Assembly: GCA_040954595.2 (NCBI GenBank)
Contig: CM082583.2
Coordinates: 10,181,656-10,245,655 of the forward strand
Direction: 5' to 3'
DNA: 64,000 nucleotides
Source: Balanoglossus misakiensis
Lineage: Eukaryota > Animalia > Hemichordata
Below are positions 53,705-64,000 of this stretch, piece after piece (the first letter of the stretch is position 1; every line of letters begins with the position of its first letter). A program made the position numbers and the translations under genes. Below the pieces are notes generated by a model. The model did not search any database, was not told the DNA's origin, and saw only the letters and a program-made list of their open reading frames with translations.

Positions 53705-56676
53705 TCAGGAAGTCTGTTTCTCCTTCCTTCGTTTGCTCTTCCTGTGAAGATGCATGTCAGGATCCTGAAACAAGAAAGGTCACAAGTATTATTACTGCCT
53801 TGTACATTGTATATCCTCTTTCACGAATACCTCTACTAGTGTCATTTCCATGAAATCATTTGCACATAGCTCAGTAAATGAAATTTAGCACTGTGTTATC
53901 ATCGTGCTTAAAGGGACAAAGTAGATTGCTGCATATGATAACACATCTTTTATCACTGCGTATGACAACATACCACATACCTTGCCATCTCGGATCAGCT
54001 GCTTCCTCTTGTTTATCATCCTCTTCTCTCCAAACTCTTGTTCATCCAAAGTCTGTCACCACGAAAGAAAAAATGAACAATGAAGACATATGTTTGCAAA
54101 TGGTGGACATCAAGCACTATCGAATCATAATCTGAATACAGGCACGTTGTCTTTCATAACACGACCACATTTCTCTGTTTATTTCTGTCAAGAGGGGATG
54201 AAAGGGTTAATGAATAACAAGTCTCACCATGTCGGCTTCCCTTTTGGCAACTGATACTTCATTTAGAATTTTCAACACCTCTTTCTCTTTGACTTCATAG
54301 TCTGTTAACTTGGTATCTGAAATGTAAGGTTTGTTTATAAAAAGTGAGTTGTATGATGATAGTCAGCAGAGTCAACAGGTCTACATTCAAGAACTTGTGA
54401 ATCAAACTATCACACAGGCCGATGTAAGGAAACAATATCCACCACTCGATTCAGACACACAGTGTTGTACCACTGAGGAACTGTTCGGCAAGTGTAGAAA
54501 CTTACTTATGTGTTCTTCTATTGCATGGATTAATTTAACATCATACTGGGTCATCAACGTCAATGCCATACCACCACGCCCTGTAATGTTGAAGGAAAAA
54601 GGAAAGTTCATGAAGATACATGTTCTGCTGCTAACTCGACAGTGTCATCCTTGGAACTACAGCATTCACTGAGATTATCATGTGACTGAGCACAGCGTTT
54701 CGCCAGTGAACTTTGACCTACCTGCTCTAGCTGTACGACCAACACGGTGTATGTAATCCTTGGGTGAGGAGGGCACATTGTGGTTAATTACAACTTGTAC
54801 CGTGGGTATGTCGAGTCCTCGGCTGGCTACATCTGTCGCTACCAAGATCTTGGCCTGGCTGGATTTAAATTTTGACAGAGCAGCCATCCGTTCTCTCTGT
54901 AAAAGGAAACATGATGACACTTGAGTTTCATTTAAAATAGATTCCTCAGACTTTTTCGTCATTTAACTGATGTTCAATATGTTCTACTGTACAGTGAACA
55001 TTTGTAGAGAGAAAACCTGACAACATACCTGACGGATCATTGAATGCAAGGCGGTGCATGGAAATTCCAGCTCCTTCAACATCACTGATAGCAGCTGGCA
55101 ACTCCTGAAGTGGAGAGGAAATAAAGCAAGTCATTTTTTACATGTAGGGTTAACTTCCTGACAAATGCACTCTGTGTATTTGACAATTAAACAGAAAGTC
55201 TCCAGAAGACAACATCTCTGAGTGACCTGTAAACTTACTTGCACGTATTTGTAAATATCAGAATGGAATGGTCCTTGTGTTCGCTGAGAATGGTCTGGAG
55301 GATATGAACTAGATAGGCATCTTTGACTTGAGTTGGTATCAGTACATAGCGCTGGTCCAGCTGTTCGACGGTGGCAATTCTGAGGTCAAGTGCAAAACAA
55401 GTGCGAGATGTGAGATGGTGAAAACTGGCTATTACTCTTGCATCCTGCACAAAAAGTATGTCAGGTACTTACTCTGCCTTGGACTCCCAAAAGAATGGCT
55501 TATTCACGCAAACTTGGTGCAATTTCTCCAATGTATCTGTGAGTGTAGCGCTGAAAAGAAGAGTCTGTCTTTTCTCCGGTAAAGCATCAAAAATGGTTTC
55601 CAGATCTGCTGAAAACGTTGGTTCCAGCAAACGGTCGGCCTCATCAAGAACCTGCCAAGTAAGAAGATTATAATATTACAATAAGAATCCCAAGAAACAC
55701 TCAGTTCATCTTTTAATGAAACTGAGGAAAGTAAAAACTTACCAAGAACTTGATCTTCTTCAGACTAAATGTGTTTGAACTATTCAGATGATCTGCTAAT
55801 CTCCCAGGTGTTGCTATGACAACATGTGGTTTTTCTGATAGTTCCATTGCTTGCTTTATTGTATCTGAATGTTACAAAAAAGTGAAGGATAAAGTTTGTG
55901 AGACATTTTGGTAAAAAGATATGCTTTGTGTACATGTATATGCCAAGGACAGGCTTTGGAGAAGAAGCAAAGTTTTGTGTCTTCACAGGTTCTAGAGTAG
56001 TCCATCAAGGTTTGAAAACCAACTCACCCATTCCACCGATGATAACGGCATCTCTCAATCCTATGGGTTTTCCCAGTACTCTGAACTGTTCAGCAATTTG
56101 TATGGCCAGTTCTCTGCACAATGAATCCAAAGCATCAATAAATTAGTTTATGTTGAACTCCTGCCTCACTGAAACGACTGTGGATGTTGATCTAAATCAA
56201 GTGGGTTCACAGTCAATAAGTGGAATAATGGTCTGTTGTCATCTACCTTACCGTGTTGGAGTGAGAACAAGGCAAAAGATTCCATACGGGTCTTCACAGA
56301 GCGTCTGGAGAATAGGTAAGGCAAAAGCTGCAGTTTTTCCACTCCCAGTCTTGGCACACCCCATGCAATCACGACCTGATCATGTAGAAATATAGACTAT
56401 TTAGATAGGCAGGAACCGTGGTGTTTCAAAAAACAAGACCATGTTATACATGTATCACAACACGAGAATTTCCGAATTTACTTCCGGGTTGGAGGCATGG
56501 CATGGAGTTGAGTGATCATAATGTCACGTACCTCGAAGAATTGGTGGTATGGTGTGGAATTGCACAGGAGTTGGCCTTGTGATTCCCATGGCTTTACACT
56601 GTTTTACAAGCCAATTGTTCAAACCAAGAGTTGAAAACGTGGCCGATTCGCCATCCTCAAGTTCGAAGTCCGCCAT
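53705..56676 (-). CDS. DDX49: DEAD-box RNA helicase DDX49/DBP8, 12 exons, ~447 aa
   Basis: Exons (5'->3'): 56676-56532, 56375-56252, 56113-56028, 55864-55743, 55651-55473, 55379-55239, 55104-55029, 54896-54722, 54580-54506, 54316-54228, 54052-53981, 53764-53705. Q motif [55 protein letters not shown]49-type [11 protein letters not shown] and [11 protein letters not shown]…GKDP C-terminus. Confidence 0.93.
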
Positions 56677-57146
56677 GATTGATGAATTTAGTGTCTTTTG
56701 GGCTCGAACTAGAATCACATTCAAGGTGATTCCAACTCGGATGAATCCAGTGATAGCATCAGAATCAGATTTATTTTGGATGCGTTGTGTGTGCAGCACT
56801 CCAGCCGGACAGCTATCTCGAGCTCCACGCAAAAGTATGTAAGAAGTATTGGCCGTAGAGCAGGAAATAAAAAAATACGACGAAAAGGGAAAACTGATTA
56901 AAATCTGGTGCAATGACCCCGTTTTCATACAAGATTTTTGACCTTTGACACGCAGTAAGTCGTCTGCTACACTGCCAACCTCTCGACCAATCAGTGACGT
57001 CGTGTCCATCGAAATGAGAACACTTCCGGGATGCGTAAACTTCAGGACTTCATATCAACAAGGCTAGCTTTATCCTGAATTTGACCTAAAGCCACACTGT
57101 CCCGTGGATTTTTTGTTCGACTTATGATATTCCGAATTCCGCAGCA
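56677..57146. promoter_or_regulatory. Putative bidirectional promoter shared by DDX49 (-) and SHLD2 (+)
   Basis: Head-to-head ATGs 470 bp apart. CCAAT at 56987, CRE-like TGACGTC at 56995, ETS ACTTCCGG at 57022, and another ETS site at 56480 in DDX49 intron 1. Confidence 0.6.
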
Positions 57147-60100
57147 ATGTCTTTGCGACCCAAAATTACAAAACGAGTTCATCTTTTTATCGAGCCACCT
57201 TCTCACAACTCTGGCGACACATTACACAACTTCAGTTCTTCTGGATCAAAACAAGTGAAATCTAGTGAGTTCTGCCCAGGTGAGCCATATTTACTTATTC
57301 ATTTATTTTGCACTTGCAATACAAAAGCACATGCATATTGTCCAAGCATCACTTCTGTGGACCAATTATAAACTCAATCCAACATTTACAGGTCAAAGGT
57401 ATAGTTCAACCACTGAAAAAAGTCCCTGGAAAAAGCAGAAGTTTTACCTGAAAGAGGGAAGACTTCTTTCCAGACATGATGTTGATTCAGCACCAGGAGA
57501 CATACCCATGGTGGTTGAAGCCAGCACTGATGAGGACATTGACTCTATATTGCTGCAACAATCAATTCACACATACTTGGACTTGACCTTCCTAAACTCA
57601 GAGCCTCAGGATAGCAACTCATTGGGGGATGGAAATTTGGTAAATGATGCTAGCAGCATTCCATTGAATGACAGACAGGTGCACAGTCTGCATGATAGCA
57701 TACAAGCCAAGAAAAATGCAAGAACATTGGATTCAAATCCAGGTGCGCAGGTTAGAATTGACGCGTTGGCTCAAGATAACTGTTACTCATTCAGTATGTT
57801 TTCGGAAAGCGTTGGTCTCCAGCTGGAGGGCAATGCCAGTCAGTGTCTCTCCCTTGGGCCGCTTGTGTCGACACAGACACAGTTTGAAATGGTGGAGTTA
57901 TCGAGTCAGAAACTCTTGGCGAAATACGGCCTGGTAGCTGACGACACCCAGACAGTAGACAATGTAGAGGAGTGTACTGTGTTGAGCTTAGATGACAGTC
58001 CCAGTGAAAGAAGAGGATATTGCGACTCAGTAAAAGATGATAAATGTATCATTGGAGGAGAAGTGAGTCTGGAGAGAAAGGAGACCGGCAATTCAATACA
58101 GCAGGAAAGTCGGGGTAGGACAGGTCAACTGGAAGAAAGGTATGAGCCCTGGAGAGAAGAGAATAGAGATTTTGAATTCATAAATTACAAAACAATTGAT
58201 GAGGTGCAGGACAAAGTTACTCCCCGAGAAGAGAGAAACGCATTTACAGCACGGCCAGCCAGAAGGAGGTGTCAGGATGATGTGTTTCCCAGGGATATGA
58301 CAGTGATGAAAGCTGGCCAGAGATTAACCATAACAGCATTAGCAGATTGTCGCAGAAGAAAAGCATATTACAATATCTGTGTGGCTGTTTTGCAAGGTAA
58401 GGTTAGTCTTAGGTTTACAGGACTTTTGAAGGTGGAGAAATTATTTGAATTCATTTACAGATCATCATGCATGCCAACTTAACATTTATAGATTTTTACT
58501 TTGCTCTTTCTTTCAGTTTTACCATTCAAGGAAGTTCTTATCAAGACTGGCGTGAATGTAAGGTTATATACATTCTATTAATGTCAAAACATTTCCAATG
58601 TTTCAGTGCAGGGTTGCTTACCAGTATATGAATGTTTTTTTTTTCACAGGCTGGGTCTTACGTTCCATTGGCTTCATTACAAGTTGGCGATAACAGTAAA
58701 GAATGTATGAAGGTTGGTCATAGCAATTAATGTAGGCTTTGATGATTACTCTCTATTACAGTAGTGGAGAAAAGCTAGCATGGCCGGCAACTGCTATAAG
58801 ACAAGTGGTAATTTCCTCCAAAATTCCCCAAACCCTTCCAATCCTCCTGTCTGAGTTCGACAATAATGGCAAGTTTCAGTTTTCAAAAACAGCTTTATTC
58901 AACATTTATGCCTTTCACTATCTTTTTCTCTCCCGTTTTCTGTAGCTGACATTGTGGAGGAAACTGGCTGGTCTGGTTGAGTATGTCAGTCCTGGACACA
59001 TTATTGTGTTCACAGGTAAGGACCTTGTCTCCATGTGTCTCCTTTCAGTTTTGTCTCTAATTTTCATTCATGTGATAATTCACATTAGACTTTGGCATAG
59101 TCATTGCAAAAGCTAATTTAACTGTGACATTGTTTCTGTAATTTTTGTCAACTAGATGTTTCTGTGGATGTCTGGAGAGAGGAATACTTCTGTCAAACAA
59201 CCTACAAGACAAGAATCATTCATTCAACACACCAAGAACTAAGTATGACAGAATTTAAATTTTAACTGTAGCAACATTGACTGCATACATATAGGCTGTC
59301 TTCATAAGCCAAATACTTTCATCGTGCTTCAGAGTGAATTGAGGAAGGGTCAGCGTGAGAAACAAAACCAAAATACTGAAAAAACAGCGAAAAAGTTGCA
59401 GCTGATATAGCTTTAATAAAAACACCCCAAATTATTTTATTCTGCTGACAGTGACTACTGCCATAGATAAAGATCGTTACTCGAAGCTGGTTGATTGGTT
59501 GAAGGAACACCATCCATATCTGTCATCAACAGAACAGTTGCACAGAAGCAGGCATCAAATACAATGTGAGTATATTAAAGCGGTTTGCATGAAGTCAGCT
59601 ATAGTAGACTTAATTTCTGTAACCTTTGACTTTCATCTCTGAACCATGTGGTTTTACTCTGTCATCCAGCATGTGTCAGTTTTGTACCAATCAGTGATCT
59701 GCAAGCAGATACCATTGTCAACATCAAAGCCAAGGTAGTGAGGATTGTCACTTTAACCGGTAAGTTTCATAATTTAACTGATCTATAACACAAATAGCAA
59801 TAACAAAATGTGAGTCAATAAATTGTTGTGTTCTAACATTTCACAAAATAGCTAAATATATCTGTTTTTGATTTCTGTATCATGCAGCTCCATACACAGC
59901 CAAATATTGCTATACACATATTTTCCATTTTTAGAGCCATCAGCATTTTACAAGTACCAAGGCAAAGAACTCAACAAAACTGTCATTGGTAAGTATTATA
60001 TCCAATATCAATATATTATACTGATAGAGTCATGTACACCATGGCATAGAGTGTGTCTTGAAACTACGCATGTAGATTAACCAGGTGTTGTGCTTTCCCA

Positions 60101-62369
60101 TCAATGACAGTGCTTGAAGATGAACACACAGTGAAGAACCACACAGTGGACTTGACTTTGTAAGTATTGATGTTAACTTTGATGGCGTTGTGTTGTGTAG
60201 AGATTGCTGTACAGTAATTTTTAAATTGCATGACATAGTGGAGATTTTGAATAGTATTTTTCTAATACACGTATGCATCTTTCTCTTAAATACCCAGATG
60301 GGGAAGTGCATCGCACTGGAAAGGAAACCTTGAAAAGAACATTGGTCGCATGTTCAGGTTTTGTCTACTCCAAGTCAGATACAGCCCTTGGAAAGGTAAC
60401 ACTCTCTTGTTTTTCAGCCAGATGTAAATTTGAAGCATGGCTGAGGTTCATACCACTTTCACTGACCAAAGGCTTCCCTCAGTTGAATTTACAGTGGTCA
60501 TTAAATTTCACACCCAGGGCACTCAATCCAACCTGTCACAAACTCTCGTTTTTTTCTTCTTCCAGGCTGTGTTGAACTGCATACAACCCCTAATTCAAGA
60601 CTCGAAGTGTGCAATTTCCTTGATAATGTGCAGGACAACAACACCAGTGAAATATTACACTGCTCTCTTCAGCAGATCATCATCAGCAGATACACAGGTC
60701 AATTATAATTCTTGTGTATTTTATGTCTGTGTCCATTGTTTTCTTTCCTCAACTTGCTTTTACTTGATTGTTCTCTCCTTTCAGTTTCTCTGACTGAATG
60801 ACTGTGTATTTCTCCTGTCTTTCTCTGTCTGCGTTTCAGAGGCAAATGACTGACAATAATGCACAACTAATCTGTCCACTGATAGAATAATCACAGAATG
60901 AAATGGATGGGTTAAAATAATTTTTGATTCTTCTCTGTTGTAGGTCTGGCTCAGGTTAATGTGAATGTGAAAAGTATAAGGTAATCAGCTTCAATCAATA
61001 TTGTTTGTCAAGTGTACCAAATATTACAATCCCAGTTACCAAAATAGAACAGGTCTGATTACCCCATTATCAACATCATGATCACATTGTAAAATAACAG
61101 ATGACAACAGTGAAAAAGTGCAATGTTTCATAAATAACATACTGTGGCTTTCAAATTCTTCCAGACTGACAACCTCAGATATGTCATCTACACCAATTGA
61201 CGAGTTTACAGATATTGAAGACATGGTAAGCTCTCCAACCTGCCTCTAAGTTATTAAAACAAGGACTTACCTCATGGTTTCTGACTGGTCTCAAATTTAC
61301 TAGCACTTGAAATTAAAAAAAAATGTTTTCAAAATGGCAAAAAAATTGTTTGTCAGGCTTTAAAGTTTTTGTATGATATGTTGCTAATGTATTTGCATGA
61401 ATTGACAGGTACAAATGGTGAAGAGGACTCAGTTTGTTGGATGTAAGAAATGCCATGCTGAACTTACACAGGTATTGTCACATCTCAAGATCTTTGTTTC
61501 TTTCTACTGACACAAGTTTATAAAAATACACCACACTTGGAATATTGTTTTCTTTTCTTTTCTTAAGGATCACAATGGCATCTTTGCAATGTGTTCCCGG
61601 TGCGTCCCAATCTGCAATAGTACAGAGTCATCACTCGGCCAGTGTTTCAGGACCATGTTTTTCAGTCTCAGCCAAGACAATTATTCTACTGAGTGTGAAG
61701 TGTCACCATCCTGCATTGCCAATGTAAGTGTTACATTTGATCGACATACAGGAAGTTACAAAGCAACTCTCTGCATGATGAATTTGACAAAATTTCCCAC
61801 CCAGGGCACTGAAACCAATATGAAACAACTGTTGTCTTGTCTCTTGAAATATTATGGCACTCCCCATACCTGGATAGTTAGAGCGCCCTCTATGCCAAGA
61901 ATACAAAAACAATACTGATATTGTATAATGTACCGGTATCTTCAAGGTACTCCTGGGCACTGAATCCAACAAGCTAATATCTTCAGTGAATCGTGGTCCT
62001 GCCGTTTCTGAGAAGGTAAGTTGGAGGCTACTTTCATATCTGCCTTGTCAAACATGTAATCCCATCTCAGTCAGAGAGTTTGCAGCCATGGTTCAGAAAC
62101 ATCTTGATTTAATAGATGCAATCACTTTTTATGACTATGGTAATCTCGCTCAAATGGTCAATGGGGGAAATGGTTTGACTCTGTACTCTGTTCTTTTCTC
62201 ATTTCAGTATGGGCTGGCTGGAAGATTGGCTGAATGCTGTCAGCATCTGCTGAGGCCAACGACTGGCATCCAGTGCATCTTGCATTGCTACACCAGGGTG
62301 GATGAGAACAGCGTTGCCATGGAGAGGACGTTTCATTTGCATGGAATAGTGGGTGTGACAGTTGCCTAG
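57147..62369 (+). CDS. SHLD2: Shieldin complex subunit 2 (FAM35A) orthologue: N-terminal motifs, disordered linker, three OB folds with a CxxC…CxxC Zn site; 18 exons, ~822 aa
   Basis: Exons: 57147-57264 (alt donor after 57279), 57392-58396, 58517-58557, 58650-58712, 58946-59015, 59156-59242, 59452-59565, 59670-59759, 59935-59988, 60111-60159, 60298-60395, 60566-60697, 60944-60980, 61165-61225, 61409-61471, 61568-61723, 61947-62015, 62208-62369 (2469 nt). Collinear matches to human SHLD2 as recalled: VHLFIEPP~VHIFWGAP, SPWKK~DPWKK, VPLASLQVGD~VPLATVTVID, LWR, YKYQG~YSYRG, LWG, VELHTTPNS~LELHTTPWS, GCKKC~GCAKC, VDENS~LDENS. Confidence 0.82.
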
Positions 62370-62506
62370 CAATGATACCCAGCATTTTACTGGTCGTCCC
62401 AAGTGGATCAACAGATCCAGATACCAGGTGATTTGATCACTTATATATAACTGGGATTGACATCAACAAAACACAAACAATCGTTAATTTGAATCTCTGA
62501 ACATGT

Positions 62507-62512
62507 TTTATT
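62507..62512 (-). terminator. AATAAA polyadenylation signal, likely for SIRT6
   Basis: First minus-strand AATAAA (TTTATT on +) found downstream of the SIRT6 stop. Confidence 0.45.
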
Positions 62513-62679
62513 CAATGAATATCAAAAAACTCTCAAACTTAAAAGTCATCTGAATAACTTTTTTTTCAAAATGTGAAATGACGATCATGTGCGTACAATT
62601 TGCCTTGAACTCAAAATTAGAACCTTTGAAAACTACTCCTGAGTCAACCTTTTTTGCATTACATGTAGATGTGAAAATG

Positions 62680-62685
62680 AATAAA
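62680..62685 (+). terminator. AATAAA polyadenylation signal, likely for SHLD2
   Basis: First plus-strand AATAAA found downstream of the SHLD2 stop. Confidence 0.45.
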
Positions 62686-62758
62686 AAACTGGAATCTTGG
62701 GTTCAAAGGACTAATACCCTGTTTCTTAAGGCATGTTCTCCTGTGACGGTTGTCTGAA

Positions 62759-63942
62759 TTATGTTTTTAATTTCTTGTCCCTGTGCAGGCAGTCTGCATC
62801 AATCCCACTCTCTTGGACTGTCCTGTTTTTGATGAGACTGTTGGTGATAACATCACTGCAGCCATCACTCTGGTCAAACACATGATTTAAATGTGGCGGT
62901 GTTTTCTCAGCAGGGCGCTCACTGGAGCAACCTGTTATTTCCTTGGAAGCAGTATGTGCAGATTCGCACTGTCCAGTGGGCTCATTGCCCTCAGCTGCTG
63001 TGCTCAGATTGGAACTGTTGACTGCGGAGTGTCCACTTCCAGAAACAGTTTCTGGGTTTATCGCATTGGCAATGTGATTGGGTTTGTTGGCATATTTGTC
63101 ATTCTTTGCAACGTTCTCTGCATGCTTTGAGATGTGCTTCCCTATTGGTGCTGATTTCTTGTCACTTTCAAGTTCTGATTTGTTTATAGGTTCTGGTTCA
63201 GAATTACTGGCTTGATTTGGCTCCAATTTGATGGCTGACTCAGTTGACTCAGACTCCGACTTGATTCCAGGCTCGGGTTCCGACTTGACTAATGGTACAG
63301 TTTCTACTTTAATCATTCTTTCTTTGAAGGGCACTTTCACCATCGTCGGGTGCTGTGATTTGAGAACCACATTTTGGCCTCTGTACTCTGGTATTGGAAG
63401 ACCAAGTTTTTGCATTAATTGGCTCATGATGTCGTCTACAAAGCCATGAATCAAAACATCTGCCTTCTTGTCCTGTAAAAAACGCAATCAAAGTTTAGAA
63501 CCTTCTAAATATTGGAATAGTCTTGCTTGAATATCTCAGGAAAGGTATAGTACATGTACAATATAGAAAACTCACATGTTTAGTTGGCTGCAGGTTGCAG
63601 ATGACCAGCTTGCCATTTTTCTTCTTTGTCAGCAGGGGAAGATTTGCACTGGGTATGATTTGCAATGATGTGCCAAGACACAGACACACGTCTGCTTTCC
63701 TGTGAGTGACAACGAGTGAAAGTTAGTAAGGACATAAAAGACCCTCACTGAATGAAAGCTTGTTTGTCGAACATGATTGAAAGTGTGTAACATTGAATGG
63801 AAGTTTTTGAACACAGTGAAAGTTGTTAGCATTGAGTGAGAAATAGGGCATTCTCCTTTACCTGGAATGTTCATCTGCCAGGTACAAATCTCTTGCTGGT
63901 AACGAATCTTCCCAATCCAGTATTGTGTCGTGTAATCTACCT
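62759..63942 (-). CDS. SIRT6: NAD-dependent deacylase sirtuin-6, 3' part (5' exons lie beyond the window)
   Basis: Exons 63942-63862 ([26 protein letters not shown]), 63699-63576 ([14 protein letters not shown]…[10 protein letters not shown]), 63472-62759 ([16 protein letters not shown]…LGLPIP, long tail ending DKKLKT). [11 protein letters not shown] is characteristic of SIRT6. Confidence 0.93.
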
Positions 63943-64000
63943 CTGACAGCGTGAATAATTAACAGAAAAAAACGTATATCACACCTACATTATACATCAG

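Noticed and set aside
56524-57009. 161-aa ORF suggesting a long N-terminal extension of DDX49
   Set aside because: Homology begins at MADFELED (ATG 56676, good Kozak context), and the upstream part runs through promoter motifs.
60437-60565. ORF segment MAEVHTTF… resembling SHLD2 ELHTT, as a possible duplicate exon
   Set aside because: No usable splice sites or phase. The true VELHTTPNS exon is 60566-60697.

Overview
Intron-rich animal genomic DNA. An invertebrate is inferred, plausibly a deuterostome, but the taxon cannot be fixed from sequence. I assembled six GT-AG spliced genes by hand and checked exon phases: (1) + LIM-RapGAP-BTB-BACK protein, radish-like, 1992-18110, 16 exons, ~870 aa; (2) + furin-type proprotein convertase, 20472-28034, ~738 aa; (3) + kinase-less TRPM1/3/6/7-family channel, 31168-50944, ~1619 aa; (4) - DDX49/DBP8 helicase, 53705-56676, ~447 aa; (5) + shieldin subunit SHLD2/FAM35A, 57147-62369, ~822 aa; (6) - 3' part of SIRT6, running off the window end. 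The strongest finding is a tandem pair of 77-nt, frame-incompatible (mutually exclusive) exons in the furin catalytic domain, just before the catalytic His. One resembles the PC5/PACE4 loop (…[10 protein letters not shown]) and the other the furin/PC4 loop (…[11 protein letters not shown]). Other leads are candidate microexons, a repeated TRPM3-like tail motif, DR5/DR4 elements, an invertebrate SHLD2, overlapping SHLD2/SIRT6 3' ends and paralogon-level synteny. Comparisons to human and fly proteins are from memory; no database search was run.
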